NCBI RefSeq assembly: GCF_009834535.1
Contig: NC_045697.1
Coordinates: 119,662,001 to 119,726,000 of the forward strand
From: Camelus ferus
Lineage: Eukaryota
Direction: 5' to 3'
Length of the DNA stretch: 64,000 nucleotides
A program made the position numbers and the translations under genes. The notes beneath the pieces were generated by a model. That model made no database searches and was not told where the DNA came from. It saw only the letters and a list, made by a program, of their open reading frames with translations. Position 1 is the first letter of the stretch. Every line of letters starts with the position of its first letter. Positions 1 to 13,782 of this stretch are shown in pieces.

Positions 1-3000
1 TCACAGATTTGTCCCTGTTAGGGAGAAGTCCGCTAATTACCTCCACATTGCGTCTTGGGGCACTCGCCTACTCTTGGATTTTCAGCCAATCCCCCAGAAT
101 TCACTCGCAGCCCGGCCTTTGAAAACACTCAGGGCAAGTAAGCAAGGGTTCTATAGGAACCCAGGTGCTGAAGACAGTTGTAGGAACCTCCCCAAACTCA
201 GGATAACAGAACAAATCTTCGAGAGTCTGATAGAGATGGGTATACAAACTCCAGGCTTGTTTCAGGTGGTACAGGCTTTCTTAGGTTGTGGAAGTTCGTA
301 TAATTAACTCCACTGTCCATGGGGAGGCCCTTGCAGTTGCTTGGATTTCCAGCCCTACCCCCAGCTTTTCCTCGCAGCCCGGCCTGAGAAAAACTCAGGG
401 AATAAAAGCTACAGGTTCTGAAAGAACAAAGTTGCTCCTAAAAGTTGTAGAAACCTCCCCACACTAAGGAAAACAGAACACTTCTTTGTGTGTGTGATGG
501 AGTAGAAAAATACACTAAAGGCATGTTTCTGGGGTGCAGGTGTTCCCAGGATGGGAGATTTTGGCTAATTACCTCCACTGCCCATGGGGAGGCACTCTGA
601 TTTTCTTCGTTTTCCAGCCCTACTCCCAGCATTCCCTTGCTGCACGGGTTAGGAAAACACCCAGGGATGACAAACTAAGTTAATCTATAAGAACACAGGC
701 GCTGCTCTCTGTTGCAGGAACCTCCACACACACAGGATTCCCAAACACGGCTTTGATTGGGGAGTTGTGAAGCCCCACTCCACACACATGGCTGGGGGCC
801 ACAAGTATTTCCCTGTTATAGAGAAGTCAGTTAATTACCTCCACAGTGTATCATTGGGGCACTCGCTGCTTCTTGGCTTTTCAGCCAATTCCCCAGATTT
901 CACTCTCAGCCCGGTCTCGGAAAACACTCAGGGAAGGAAAGCTACAAGTTCTATTAGAACCCAGGCGATCCTGACAGTTGTACAAACCTCAACATACTAA
1001 GGAAAACAGAATACTCCTTTGTGTGTGTGATGGAGTAGGAAAACACACTAAAGGCATGTTTCTGGGGTGCAGGTGTTCCCAGGATGGGAGATGTTGTCTA
1101 ATTACCTCCACTGCCCATGGGGAAGCACTCTCTTCACTTCGATTTCCAGCCCTAAACCTAGCATTCCCTTGCAGTCCGACCGTGTAAAACACTCAGGGGT
1201 TTAAAAGACTAAGATATTCTGTCAGAACCATGGAGCTGCTGTCTGTTGGAGGAACTTCCAAACACTCACGATTCAGGAACACGGCTTTGTTGGGGGAAGT
1301 GGTGAAGCCCCACTGCACACTCACTGTTGGGGGCACATGATTTTCCCTGTTAGGGAGAAGTCTGCTATTTACATCCATATTCCATCTAGGGGCACTCGCT
1401 GCTACTTGGCTTTCCATACCAACCCCCAGTTTTCCCTCACAGCCCGGCCTGGTAAACACTCAGGTATAATACGCTATTGGTTGTATTGGAACCCAGGCGC
1501 TACGTACCGTTGTAGGAAACATCCCACACCTAAGATAACAGAAGAAATCCTTGTGGGTCTGATGGAGATTGGTAAACAATCTCCACGCATGTTTGGGGGG
1601 GCACAGGTGTTCGAAGGCTGTGGGACGTCGGAAAAATACCTCAAATTTTCATGGGGAGTAACTTGCTGCTTCTACGAAACTCAGCCCAACCCACAGCTTT
1701 ACCTCGCAGTCAGGCCTGTGAAAACAATCACGGATAAGAAAATACTGGTGCTATAATATCCCAGGTGCTGTTCATAGTTGTAGAAACCTCTCCACAACTC
1801 AGGATAGTGGAACACATATTTGTGTATGATGGTTTAGGAAAATACACTCCAGGCATGATACTGGGGGTACAGCTTTTCCCAGGTTTGGAGATGTCGCCTA
1901 ATTACCTCCACTGCCAATAGGGGAGGCACTCTCTACTTCTTCGCTTTCCAGAGCAACTCCCAAATATCCAATGCAGCCCGGCCTAAGAAAACACCTAGAT
2001 ATGACAATATTAGTGATTCTATCAGAACCACGTCGCTGCTGTCGGTAGGAGGTACCAACACACTCAAAATTCCGGAAAAACGGCTTTGCTTTGGGGAGGT
2101 GTGGAGCCCCACACCACACAGATGCCTAGGGGCACAGGAATTCCCTGTTTATGAGAAGTCCGCTAATTACCTCTACAGTCAATTCTCTAGGCACTTGTTT
2201 CTACTTGGCTTTCCAGCCTAACGCCCAGCTTTCACACGCAGCCCGCCCTGGAAATCACTCAGAAGAAATATGCTAGTGGTTCTAATTGAACACAGGCACT
2301 GCAGACCATTGTAGGAACCACCGCACACGCAGGATAACAGAACATATTTTTGTGTCTGATTGAGATGGTAAAACCTCCACGCATGTTTCAGGGTTTACAG
2401 GTATTCCTAGGTTGTGGGAGGTCAGATAATTCCCACTACTGCCCATGGGGAGGAAATCGCTCCTGCTTGGCTTTCCAGCCCATCCCCAGGTTCCCATGCA
2501 ACCCAGCCTGAGAGAACACTCAGAAAATGTAGCTTAAATTTTAATTAGATCCCAGGCGCTGCTGACAATTGTAGAAACCTCCCAATACACAGGGTAACAG
2601 AACACTTCTTTGTGTGTGTTATGTAGTAGGAAAACACACTCCATGCATGTTTCTGGGGTGCAGGTTTAACCAGGTTGGGAGACGTTGGCTAATTATCTCC
2701 AGAGTCCATGTGAGGCACTCTGTTTTTCTTCATTTTCCAGCCCTACTCCCAGCTTTCCCTTGCAGCCCGGGTTAGGAAAACACCCAGGGATGACAGACTA
2801 AGTGATTCTATAAGAACCCTGGCACTGCTGTCTGTTGGAGGGACCTCCAAACACACAGGATTCCCAAACACGGCTTTGCTTGGGTGAGTTGTGAAGCCCC
2901 ACAACACACACATGGCTGGGGGCACAAGTTTTTCCCTGTTAGGGAGAAGTCCGCTAATTCCCTCTACAGTCCATCTCGGGGCACTCCCTGCTACTTGGAT

Positions 3001-6000
3001 TTCCAGCCCAACCCCCAGGTTTCCCTTGCAGCCCTTCCTGGGTTAACACACAGTAAAAGAACTACTGGTGCTATAAGAACCCATGCGCTGCTGACAATTG
3101 TGGAAACCTTCGAACACTCAGGAATAACAGAACAAATCTTTCTGTGTGTGATGGAGTATGAAAACACACGCCAGGCATTTTTTTGGGGTTCCAGGTTTCC
3201 CAGGTTGGGAGATGTCGGTAGATTCCTTCATTGTTCATGGGGAGTCACTGTCTTCTTCGTTTTCAAGCCCAACTCCCAGCTTTCCCTTGTAGCCCGGACT
3301 AGTGAAACACCCAGGGATGAAAAATAAATGATTCTATCAGTACCCCGGCGTTGCTGTCTGTTGGAGGATCCTCCAAACCCTCAGGATTCTGGAACAAGTC
3401 TTTGCATGTTGGGAGGTGTGGAGCCCCAATCCACGCAGAAGGATGGGGTCACAGATTTGTCCCTGTTAGGGAGAAGTCCGCTAATTACCTCCACATTGCG
3501 TCTTGGGGCACTCGCCTCCTCTTGGATTTTCAGCCAATCCCCCAGAATTCACTCGCAGCCCGGCCTTTGAAAACACTCAGGGCAAGTAAGCAAGGGTTCT
3601 ATAGGAACCCAGGTGCTGAAGACAGTTGTAGGAACCTCCCCAAACTCAGGATAACAGAACAAATCTTCGAGAGTCTGATAGAGATGGGTATACAAACTCC
3701 AGGCTTGTTTCAGGTGGTACAGGCTTTCTTAGGTTGTGGAAGTTCGTATAATTAACTCCACTGTCCATGGGGAGGCCCTTGCAGTTGCTTGGATTTCCAG
3801 CCCTACCCCCAGCTTTTCCTCGCAGCCCGGCCTGAGAAAAACTCAGGGAATAAAAGCTACAGGTTCTGAAAGAACAAAGTTGCTCCTAAAAGTTGTAGAA
3901 ACCTCCCCACACTAAGGAAAACAGAACACTTCTTTGTGTGTGTGATGGAGTAGAAAAATACACTAAAGGCATGTTTCTGGGGTGCAGGTGTTCCCAGGAT
4001 GGGAGATTTTGGCTAATTACCTCCACTGCCCATGGGGAGGCACTCTGATTTTCTTCGTTTTCCAGCCCTACTCCCAGCATTCCCTTGCTGCACGGGTTAG
4101 GAAAACACCCAGGGATGACAAACTAAGTTAATCTATAAGAACACAGGCGCTGCTCTCTGTTGCAGGAACCTCCACACACACAGGATTCCCAAACACGGCT
4201 TTGATTGGGGAGTTGTGAAGCCCCACTCCACACACATGGCTGGGGCCCAAGTATTTCCCTGTTATAGAGAAGTCAGTTAATTACCTCCACAGTGTATCAT
4301 GGGGCACTCGCAATTTCTTGGCTTTTCAGCCAATTCCCCAGATTTCACTCTCAGCCCGGTCTCGGAAAACACTCAGGGAAGGAAAGCTACAAGTTCTATT
4401 AGAACCCAGGCGATCCTGACAGTTGTACAAACCTCAACATACTAAGGAAAACAGAATACTGCTTTGTGTGTGTGATGGAGTAGGAAAACACACTAAAGGC
4501 ATGTTTCTGGGGTGCAGGTGTTCCCAGGATGGGAGATGTTGTCTAATTACCTCCACTGCCCATGGGGAAGCACTCTCTTCACTTCGATTTCCAGCCCTAA
4601 ACCTAGCATTCCCTTGCAGTCCGACCGTGTAAAACACTCAGGGGTTTAAAAGACTAAGATATTCTGTCAGAACCATGGAGCTGCTGTCTGTTGGAGGAAC
4701 TTCCAAACACTCACGATTCAGGAACACGGCTTTGTTGGGGGAAGTGGTGAAGCCCCACTGCACACTCACTGTTGGGGGCACATGATTTTCCCTGTTAGGG
4801 AGAAGTCTGCTATTTACATCCATATTCCATCTAGGGGCACTCGCTGCTACTTGGCTTTCCATACCAACCCCCAGTTTTCCCTCACAGCCCGGCCTGGTAA
4901 ACACTCAGGTATAATACGCTATTGGTTGTATTGGAACCCAGGCGCTACGTACCGTTGTAGGAAACATCCCACACCTAAGATAACAGAAGAAATCCTTGTG
5001 GGTCTGATGGAGATTGGTAAACAATCTCCACGCATGTTTGGGGGGGGCACAGGTGTTCGAAGGCTGTGGGACGTCGGAAAAATACCTCAAATTTTCATGG
5101 GGAGTAACTTGCTGCTTCTACGAAACTCAGCCCAACCCACAGCTTTACCTCGCAGTCAGGCCTGTGAAAACAATCACGGATAAGAAAATAATGGTGCTAT
5201 AATATCCCAGGTGCTGTTCATAGTTGTAGAAACCTCTCCAAACTCAGGATAGTGGAACACATATTTGTGTATGATGGTTTAGGAAAATACACTCCAGGCA
5301 TGTAACTGGGGGTACATCTTTTCCCAGGTTTGGAGGTGTCGCTTAATTACCTCCACTGCCAATGGGGAGGCACTCTCTACTTCTTCGCTTTCCAGACCAA
5401 CTCCCAAATATCCAATGCAGCCCGGCCTAAGAAAACACCTAGATATGACAATATTAGTTATTCTATCAGAACCACGTCGCTGCTGTCGGTAGGAGGTTCC
5501 CAACAAACTCAAAATTCCGGAAAACGGCTTTGCTTGGTGGAGGTGTGGAACCTCACACCACACAGAAGACTGGGGGCACAGGAATTCCCTGTTTATGAGA
5601 AGTCCACTAATTACCTCTACAGTCAATCTCTAGGCACTTGTTGCTACTTGGCTTTCCAGCCGAACCCCCAGCTTTCCCTCACAGCCCGCCCTGGAAGACA
5701 ATCCGAAAAAATATGCTAGTTGTTCTAATGGAACACAGGCACTGCAGACCGTTGTAGGAACCACCGCACACTCAGGATAACAGAACATATTTTTGTGTCT
5801 GATTGAGTTGGTGAAATCTCCACGCATATTTCAGGGGTTACAGGTATTCCTAGGTTGTGGGAGGTCAGATAATTCCCACTACTGCCCATGGGGAGGAAAT
5901 CGCTCCTGCTTGGTTTTCCAGCCCATCCCCAGGTTCCCATGCAACCCAGCCTGAGAGAACACTCAGAAAATTTTGCTTAATGTTTAATTAGAACACAGGC

Positions 6001-9000
6001 GCTGCTGACAGTTTTAGAAACCTCCCAATACACAAGGTAACCGAACACTTCTTTGTGTGTGTTATATAGTAGGAAAACACACTCCATGCATGTTTCTGGG
6101 GTGCAGGTTTAACCAGTTTGGGAGACGTTGGCTAATTATCTCCAGAGACCATGGGGAGGCACTCTGTTTTTCTTCATTTTCCAGCCCTACTCCCAGGTTT
6201 CCCTTGCAGCCCGGGTTAGGAAAACACCCAGGGATGACAGACTAAGTGATTCTATCAGAACCCTGGCGCTGCTGTCAGTTGGAGGGACCTCCAAACACAC
6301 AGGATTCCCAAACACGGCTTTGCTTGGGTGAGTTGTGAAGCCCCACAACACACACATGGCTGGGGGCACAAGTTTTTCCCTGTTAGGGAGAAGTCCGCTA
6401 ATTCCCTCTACAGTCCATCTCGGGGCACTCCCTGCTACTTGGATTTCCAGCCCAACCCCCAGGTTTCCCTTGCAGGTCGTCCTGGGTTTAACACACAGTA
6501 AAAAGAACTACTGGTGCTATAAGAACCCATGCGCTGCTGACAATTGTGGAAACCTTCGAACACTCAGAATAACAGAACAAATCTTTCTGTGTGTGATGGA
6601 GTATGAAAACACACGCCAGGCATTTTTTTGGGGTTCCAGGCTTTCCCAGGTTGGGAGATGTCGTCTAGATTCCTTCGTTGTTCATGGGGAGTCACTGTCT
6701 TCTTCTTCGTTTTCAAGCCCAACTCCCAGCTTTCCCTTGTAGCCTGGACTAGTGAAACACCCAGGGATGAAAAATAAATGATTCTATCAGTACCCCGGCG
6801 TTGCTGTCTGTTGGAGGATCCTCCAAACCCTCAGGATTCTGGAACAAGTCTTTGCATGTTGGGAGGTGTGGAGCCCCAATCCACGCAGAAGGATGGGGTC
6901 ACAGATTTGTCCCTGTTAGGGAGAAGTCCGCTAATTACCTCCACATTGCGTCTTGGGGCACTCGCCTCCTCTTGGCTTTCAGCCAATCCCCCAGAATTCA
7001 CTCGCAGCCCGGCCTTTGAAAACACTCAGGGCAAGTAAGCAAGGGTTCTATAGGAACCCAGGTGCTGAAGACAGTTGTAGGAACCTCCCCAAACTCAGGA
7101 TAACAGAACAAATCTTCGAGAGTCTGATAGAGATGGGTATACAAACTCCAGGCTTGTTTCAGGTGGTACAGGCTTTCTTAGGTTGTGGAAGTTCGTATAA
7201 TTAACTCCACTGTCCATGGGGAGGCCCTTGCAGTTGCTTGGATTTCCAGCCCTACCCCCAGCTTTTCCTCGCAGCCCGGCCTGAGAAAAACTCAGGGAAT
7301 AAAAGCTACAGGTTCTGAAAGAACAAAGTTGCTCCTAAAAGTTGTAGAAACCTCCCCACACTAAGGAAAACAGAACACTTCTTTGTGTGTGTGATGGAGT
7401 AGAAAAATACACTAAAGGCATGTTTCTGGGGTGCAGGTGTTCCCAGGATGGGAGATTTTGGCTAATTACCTCCACTGCCCATGGGGAGGCACTCTGATTT
7501 TCTTCGTTTTCCAGCCCTACTCCCAGCATTCCCTTGCTGCACGGGTTAGGAAAACACCCAGGGATGACAAACTAAATAATTCTATTAGAACACAGGCGCT
7601 GCTGTCTGTTGCAGGAACCTCCACACACACAGGATTCCCAAACACGGCTTTGATTGGGGAGTTGTGAAGCCCCACTCCACACACATGGCTGGGGGCACAA
7701 GTATTTCCCTGTTATTGAGAAGTCAGTTAATTACCTCCACAGTGCATCTTGGGGCACTCGCTGCTTCTTGGCTTTTCAGCCAATTCCCCAGATTTCACTC
7801 TCAGCCCGGTCTCGGAAAACACTCAGGGAAGGAAAGCTACAAGTTCTATTAGAACCCAGGCGATCCTGACAGTTGTAGAAACCTCAACATACTAAGGAAA
7901 ACAGAATACTACTTTGTGTGTGTGATGGAGTAGGAAAACACACTAAAGGCATGTTTCTGGGGTGCAGGTGTTCCCAGGATGGGAGATGTTGGCTAATTAC
8001 CTCCACTGCCCATGGGGAAGCACTCTCTTCACTTCGATTTCCAGCCCTAAACCTAGCATTCCCTTGCAGCCCGACCGTGGAAAACACTCAGGGTTTAAAA
8101 TCTAAGATATTCTGTCAGAACCATGGAGCTGCTGTCTGTTGGAGGAACCTCCAAACACTCACGATTCCGGAACACGGCTTTGTTGGGGGGAGTGGTGAAG
8201 CCCCACTGCACACTCACTGTTGGGGGCACATGATTTTCCCTGTTAGGGAGAAGTCTGCTATTTACATCCATATTCCATCTAGGGGCACTCGCTGCTACTT
8301 GGCTTCCATACCAACCCCCAGGATTCCCTCACAGCCCGGCCTGGTAAACACTCAGGTATAATACGCTATTGGTTGTATTGGAACCCAGGCGCTACGTACC
8401 GTTGTAGGTAACATCCCACACCTAATATAACAGAAGAAATCTTTGTGGGTCTGATGGCGATTGGTAAACAATCTCCACGCATGTTTGGGGGGGCACAGGT
8501 GTTCCAAGGCTGTGGGACGTCTGAAAATTACCTCAAATTTTCACGGAGTGTAACTTGCTGCTTCTACGAATTTCAGCCCAACCCACAGCTTTACCTCGCA
8601 GCCAGGCCTGTGAAAACAATCACGGAAAAGAAAACACTGGTTCTATTATATCCAAGGAGCTGTTCACAGATGTAGAAACCTCCCCACACTCAGGATAGCG
8701 GAACACATCTTTGTGTGTAAGATGGTTTAGGAAAATACACTCCAGGCATGTATCTGGGGGTACAGCTGTTCCCAGGTTTGGAGATGTCGCCTAATTACCT
8801 CCACTGCCAATAGGGAGGCACCCTCTACTTCTTCGCTTTCCAGAGCAACTCCCAAATATCCCTGCAGCCCGGCCTAAGAAAACATCTAGATATGACAATA
8901 TTAGTGATTCTATCAGAACCCCGTTGCTGCTGTCGGTAGGAGGTAACCAACACACTCAAAATTCCGAAAAACGGCTTTGCTTGGGGCAGGTGTGGAGCCC

Positions 9001-12000
9001 CACACCACACAGATGCCTAGGGCACAGGAATTCCCTGTTTATTAGAAGTCCGCTAATTACCTCTACAGTCAATTTCTAGGCACTTGTTTCTACTTGGCTT
9101 TCCAGCTTAACGCCCAGGTTTCCCTCGCAGCCCGCCCTGGAAATCACTCAGAAGAAATATGCTAGTGGTTCTAATTGAACACAGGCACTGCAGACCATTG
9201 TAGGAACCACCGCACACGCAGGATAACAGAACATATTTTTGTGTCTGATTGAGATGTTAAAACCTCCACGCATGTTTCAGGGGGTACAGGTATTCCTAGG
9301 TTGTGGGAGGTCAGATAATTCCCACTACTGCCCATGGGGAGGAAATCGCTTCTGCTTGGATTTCCAGCTCATCCCCAGTTTCCCTTGCAACCCAGCCTGA
9401 GAGAACACTCAGAAAATGTAGCTTAAATTTGAATTAGATCCCAGGCGCTGCTGACAATTGTAGAAACCTCCCAATACACAGGGTAACAGAACACTTCTTT
9501 GTGTGCGTTATGTAGTAGGAAAGCACACTCCATGCATGTTTCTGGGGTGCAGGTTTAAGCAGCTTGGGAGACGTTGGCTAATTATCTCCAGAGTCCATGT
9601 GAGGCACTCGGTTTTTCTTCGTTTTCCAGCCCTACTCCCAGCTTTCCCTTGCAGCCCGGGTTAGGAAAACACCCAGGGATGACAGACTAAGTGATTCTAT
9701 AAGAACCCTGGCGCTGCTGTCTGTTGGAGGGAACTCCAAACACACAGGATTCCCAAACACGGCTGTGCTTGCTTGAGTTTTGAAGCCCCACACCACACAC
9801 ATGCCTGGGGGCACAAGTTTTTCCCTGTTAGGGAGAAGTCCGCTAATTCCCTCTACAGTCCATCTCGGGGCACTCCCTGCTACTTGGATTTCCAGCCCAA
9901 CCCCCAGGTTTCCCTTGCAGCCCGGCCTGGTGTAACACAAAGTTAAAAGAACTACTGGTGCTATAAGAACCCATGCGCTGCTGACAATTGTGGAAACCTT
10001 CGAACACTCAGGATAACAGAACAAATCTTTATGTGTGTGATGGAGTATGAAAACACACGCCAGGCATTTTTTTGGGGTTCCAGGTTTTCCCAGGTTGGGA
10101 GATGTCGCGTAGTTTCCTTCATTGTTTATGGGGAGTCACTGTCTTCTTCGTTTTCAAGCTCAACTCCCAGATTTCCCTTGTAGCCCTGACTAGTGAAACA
10201 CCCAGGGATGAAAAAAAATTATTCTATCAGTACCCCGGCGTTGCTGTCTGTTGGAGGATCCTCGAAACCCTCAGGATTCTGGAACAAATCTTTGCATGTT
10301 GGGAGGTGTGGAGCCCCAATCCACGCAGAAGTATGGGGTCACAGATTTGTCCCTGTTAGGGAGAAGTCCGCTAATTACCTCCACATTGCGTCTTGGGGCA
10401 CTCGCCTCCTCTTGGATTTTCAGCCAATCCCCCAGAATTCACTCGCAGCCCGGCCATTGAAAACACTCAGGGCAAGTAAGCTAGGGTTCTATAGGAACCC
10501 AGGTGCTGAAGACAGTTGTAGGAACCTCCCCAAACTCAGGATAACAGAACAAATCTTCGAGAGTCTGATAGAGATGGGTATACAAACTCCAGGCTTGTTT
10601 CAGGTGGTACAGGCTTTCTTAGGTTGTGGAAGTTCGTATAATTAACTCCACTGTCCATGGGGAGGCCCTTGCAGTTGCTTGGATTTCCAGCCCTACCCCC
10701 AGGTTTTCCTCGCAGCCCGGCCTGAGAAAAACTCAGGGAATAAAAGCTACAGGTTCTGAAAGAACAAAGTTGCTCCTAAAAGTTGAAGAAACCTCCCAAC
10801 ACTAAGGAAAAGAGAACACTTCTTTGTGTGTGTGATGGAGTAGAAAAATACACTAAAGGCATATTTCTGGGGTGCAGGTGTTCCCAGGATGGGAGATTTT
10901 GGCTAATTACCTCCACTGCCCATGGGGAGGCACTCTGATTTTCTTCGTTTTCCAGCCCTACTCCCAGCATTCCCTTGCTGCACGGGTTAGGAAAACACCC
11001 AAGGATTACAAACTAAATTATTCTATAAGAACACAGGCGCTGCTCTATGTTGCAGGAACCTCCACACACACAGGATTCCAAACACAGCTTTGATTGGGGA
11101 GTTGTGAAGCCCCACTCCACACACATGGCTGGGGGCACAAGTATTTCCCTGTTATAGAGAAGTCAGTTAAATACCTCCACAGTGTATCTTGGGGCACTCG
11201 CTGCCTCTTGGCTTTTCAGCCAATTCCCCAGATTTCACTCTCAGCCCGGTCTCGGAAAACACTCAGGGAAGGAAATCTACAAGTTCTATTAGAACCCAGG
11301 CGATCCTGACAGTTGTAGAAACCTCAACATACTAAGGAAAACAGAATATTGCTTTGTGTGTGTGATGGAGAAGGAAAACACACTAAAGGCATGTTTCTGG
11401 GGTGCAGGTGTTCCCAGGATGGGAGATGTTGGCTAATTACCTCCACTGCCCATGGGGAAGCACTCTCTTCACTTCGATTTCCAGCCCTAAACCTAGCATT
11501 ACCTTGCAGACCGACCGTGGAAAACACTCAGGTGTTTAAAACTCTAAGACATTCTTTCAGAACCATGGAGCTGCTGTCTGTTGGAGGAACCTCGAAACAC
11601 TCACGATTCAGGAACACTGGCTTTGTTGGGGGGAGTGGTGAAGCCCCACTGCACACTCACTGTTGGGGGCACTTGATTCTCCCTGTTAGGGAGAAGTCTG
11701 CTATTTACATCCATATTCCATCTAGGGGCACTCGCTGCTACTTGGCTTTCCATACCAACCCCCAGGTTTCCCTCAAAGCCCGGCCTGGTAAACACTCAGG
11801 GATAATACGCTATTGCTTGTATTGGAACCCAGGCGCTACGTAACGTTGTAGGAAACATCCTACAACTAAGATAACAGAAGAAATCTTTGTGGGTCTGATG
11901 GAGATTGGTAAACAATCTCCACGCATGTTTGGAGGGGCACAGGTGTTCGAAGGCTGTGGGACGTCGGAAATATACCTCAAATTTTCATGGAGTGTAACTT

Positions 12001-13782
12001 GCTGCTTCTACGAATTTCAGCCCAACCCACAGCTTTACCTCGCAGCCAGGCCTGTGAAAACAATCACGGAAAAGAAAACACTGGTTCTATTATATCCAAG
12101 GTGCTGTTCACAGATGTAGAAAACTCCCCACACTCAGGATAGCGGAACACATCTTTGTGTGTATGATGGTTAGGAAAATACACTCCAGGCATGTATATGG
12201 GGGTACACCTGTTCCCAGGTTTGGAGATGTCGCCTAATTACCTCCACTGCCAATAGAGAGGCACCCTCAACTTCTTCGTTTTCCAGAGCTATTCCGAAAT
12301 ATCCCTTGCAGCCCGGCCTAAGAAACACCTAGATATGACATTATTATTGATTCTATCAGAACCCCGTTGCTGCTGTAGGTAGGAGGTAACCAACACACTC
12401 AAAATTCCGAAAAACGGCTTTGCTTGGGGGAGGTGTGGAGCCCCACACCACACAGATGCCCAGGGTACAGGAATTCCCTCTTTATGAGAAGTCCGCTAAT
12501 TACCTCTACAGTCAATTTCTAGGCACTTGTTTCTACTTGGCTTTCCAGCTTAACGCCCAGGTTTCCCTCGCAGTCCGCCCTGGAAATCACTCAGAAGAAA
12601 TATGCTAGTGGTTCTAATTGAACACAGGCACTGCAGACCATTGTAGGAACCACCGCACACGCAGTATAACAGAACATATTTTTGTGTCTGATTGAGATGT
12701 TAAAACCTCCACGCATGTTTCAGGGGTACAGGTATTCCTAGGTTGTGGGAGGTCAGAAAATTCCCACTACTGCCCATTGGGAGGAAATCGCTCCTGCTTG
12801 GCTTTCCAGCTCATCCCCAGTTTCCCTTGCAACCCAGCCTGAGAGAACACTCATAAAATGTAGCTTATATTTTAATTAGATCCCAGGCGCTGCTGATATT
12901 TGTAGAAACCTCCCAATACACAGGGTAACAGAACACTTCTTTGTGTGTGTTATGTAGTAGGAAAACACACTCCATGCATGTTTCTGGGGTGCAGGTTTAA
13001 CCAGGTTGGGAGACGTTGGCTAATTATCCCCAGAGTCCATGAGTGGCACTCGGTTTTTCTTCGTTATCCAGCCCTACTCCCAGCTTTCCCTTGAAGCCCG
13101 GGTTAGGAAAACACCCAGGGATGACAGACTAAGTGATTCTATAAGAACCCTGGTGCTGCTGTGTGTTGGAGGGACCTCCAAACACACAGGATTCCCAAAC
13201 ACGGCTGTGCTTGAGTGAGTTGTGAAGCCCCACACCACACACATGGCTGGGGGCACAAGTTTTTCCCTGTTAGGGAGAAGTCCGCTAATTCCCTCTACAG
13301 TCCATCTCGGGGCACTCCCTGCTACTTGGATTTCCAGCCCAACCCCCAGTTTTCCCTTGCAGCCTGGCCTGGGATAACACACAGTTAAAAGAACTACTGG
13401 TGCTATAAGAACCCATGCGCTGCTGACAATTGTGGAAACCTTCGAACACTCAGGATAACAGAACACACCTTTCTGTGTGTGATGGAGTAGGAAAACACAC
13501 GCCAGGCATTTTTCTGGGGAATCCAGGTTTTCCCAGGTTGGGAGATGTCGGCTGGTTTCCTTCGCTGCTCATGGGGAGTCACTGTCTTCTTCATTTTCCA
13601 GCCCAACTCCCAGCTTTCCCTTGTATCCCGGACTAGTGAAACACCCAGGGATGAAAAATAAAGGATTCTATCAGTAGCCCGGCGTTGCTGTCTTTTGGAG
13701 GATCCTCCAAACCCTCAGGATTCTGGAACAAGTCTTTGCATGTTGGGAGTAGTGGAGCCCCAATCCACGCTGAAGGATGGGG
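1..13782. repeat. Four copies of a 13-monomer HOR (A B C D E F G H I J K L M), 3440-3450 bp each
   Basis: Periods 3448, 3450, 3440, 3444; the same 13 monomer types occur in the same order, and the ORF track repeats with this period. Confidence 0.95.

Noticed and set aside
487..495. (TG)n tract as a microsatellite
   Set aside because: Only 4-5 units long and a fixed part of Z-class monomers.
2766..2780. CENP-B box candidate in K (CCCGGGTTAGGAAAA vs reverse core CCCGnnTnnnnCGAA)
   Set aside because: Only 7 of 9 core positions match and the CG of CGAA is missing. The TTCG sites I checked lack the downstream A..CGGG. No canonical box was seen by eye; a regex scan would settle it.
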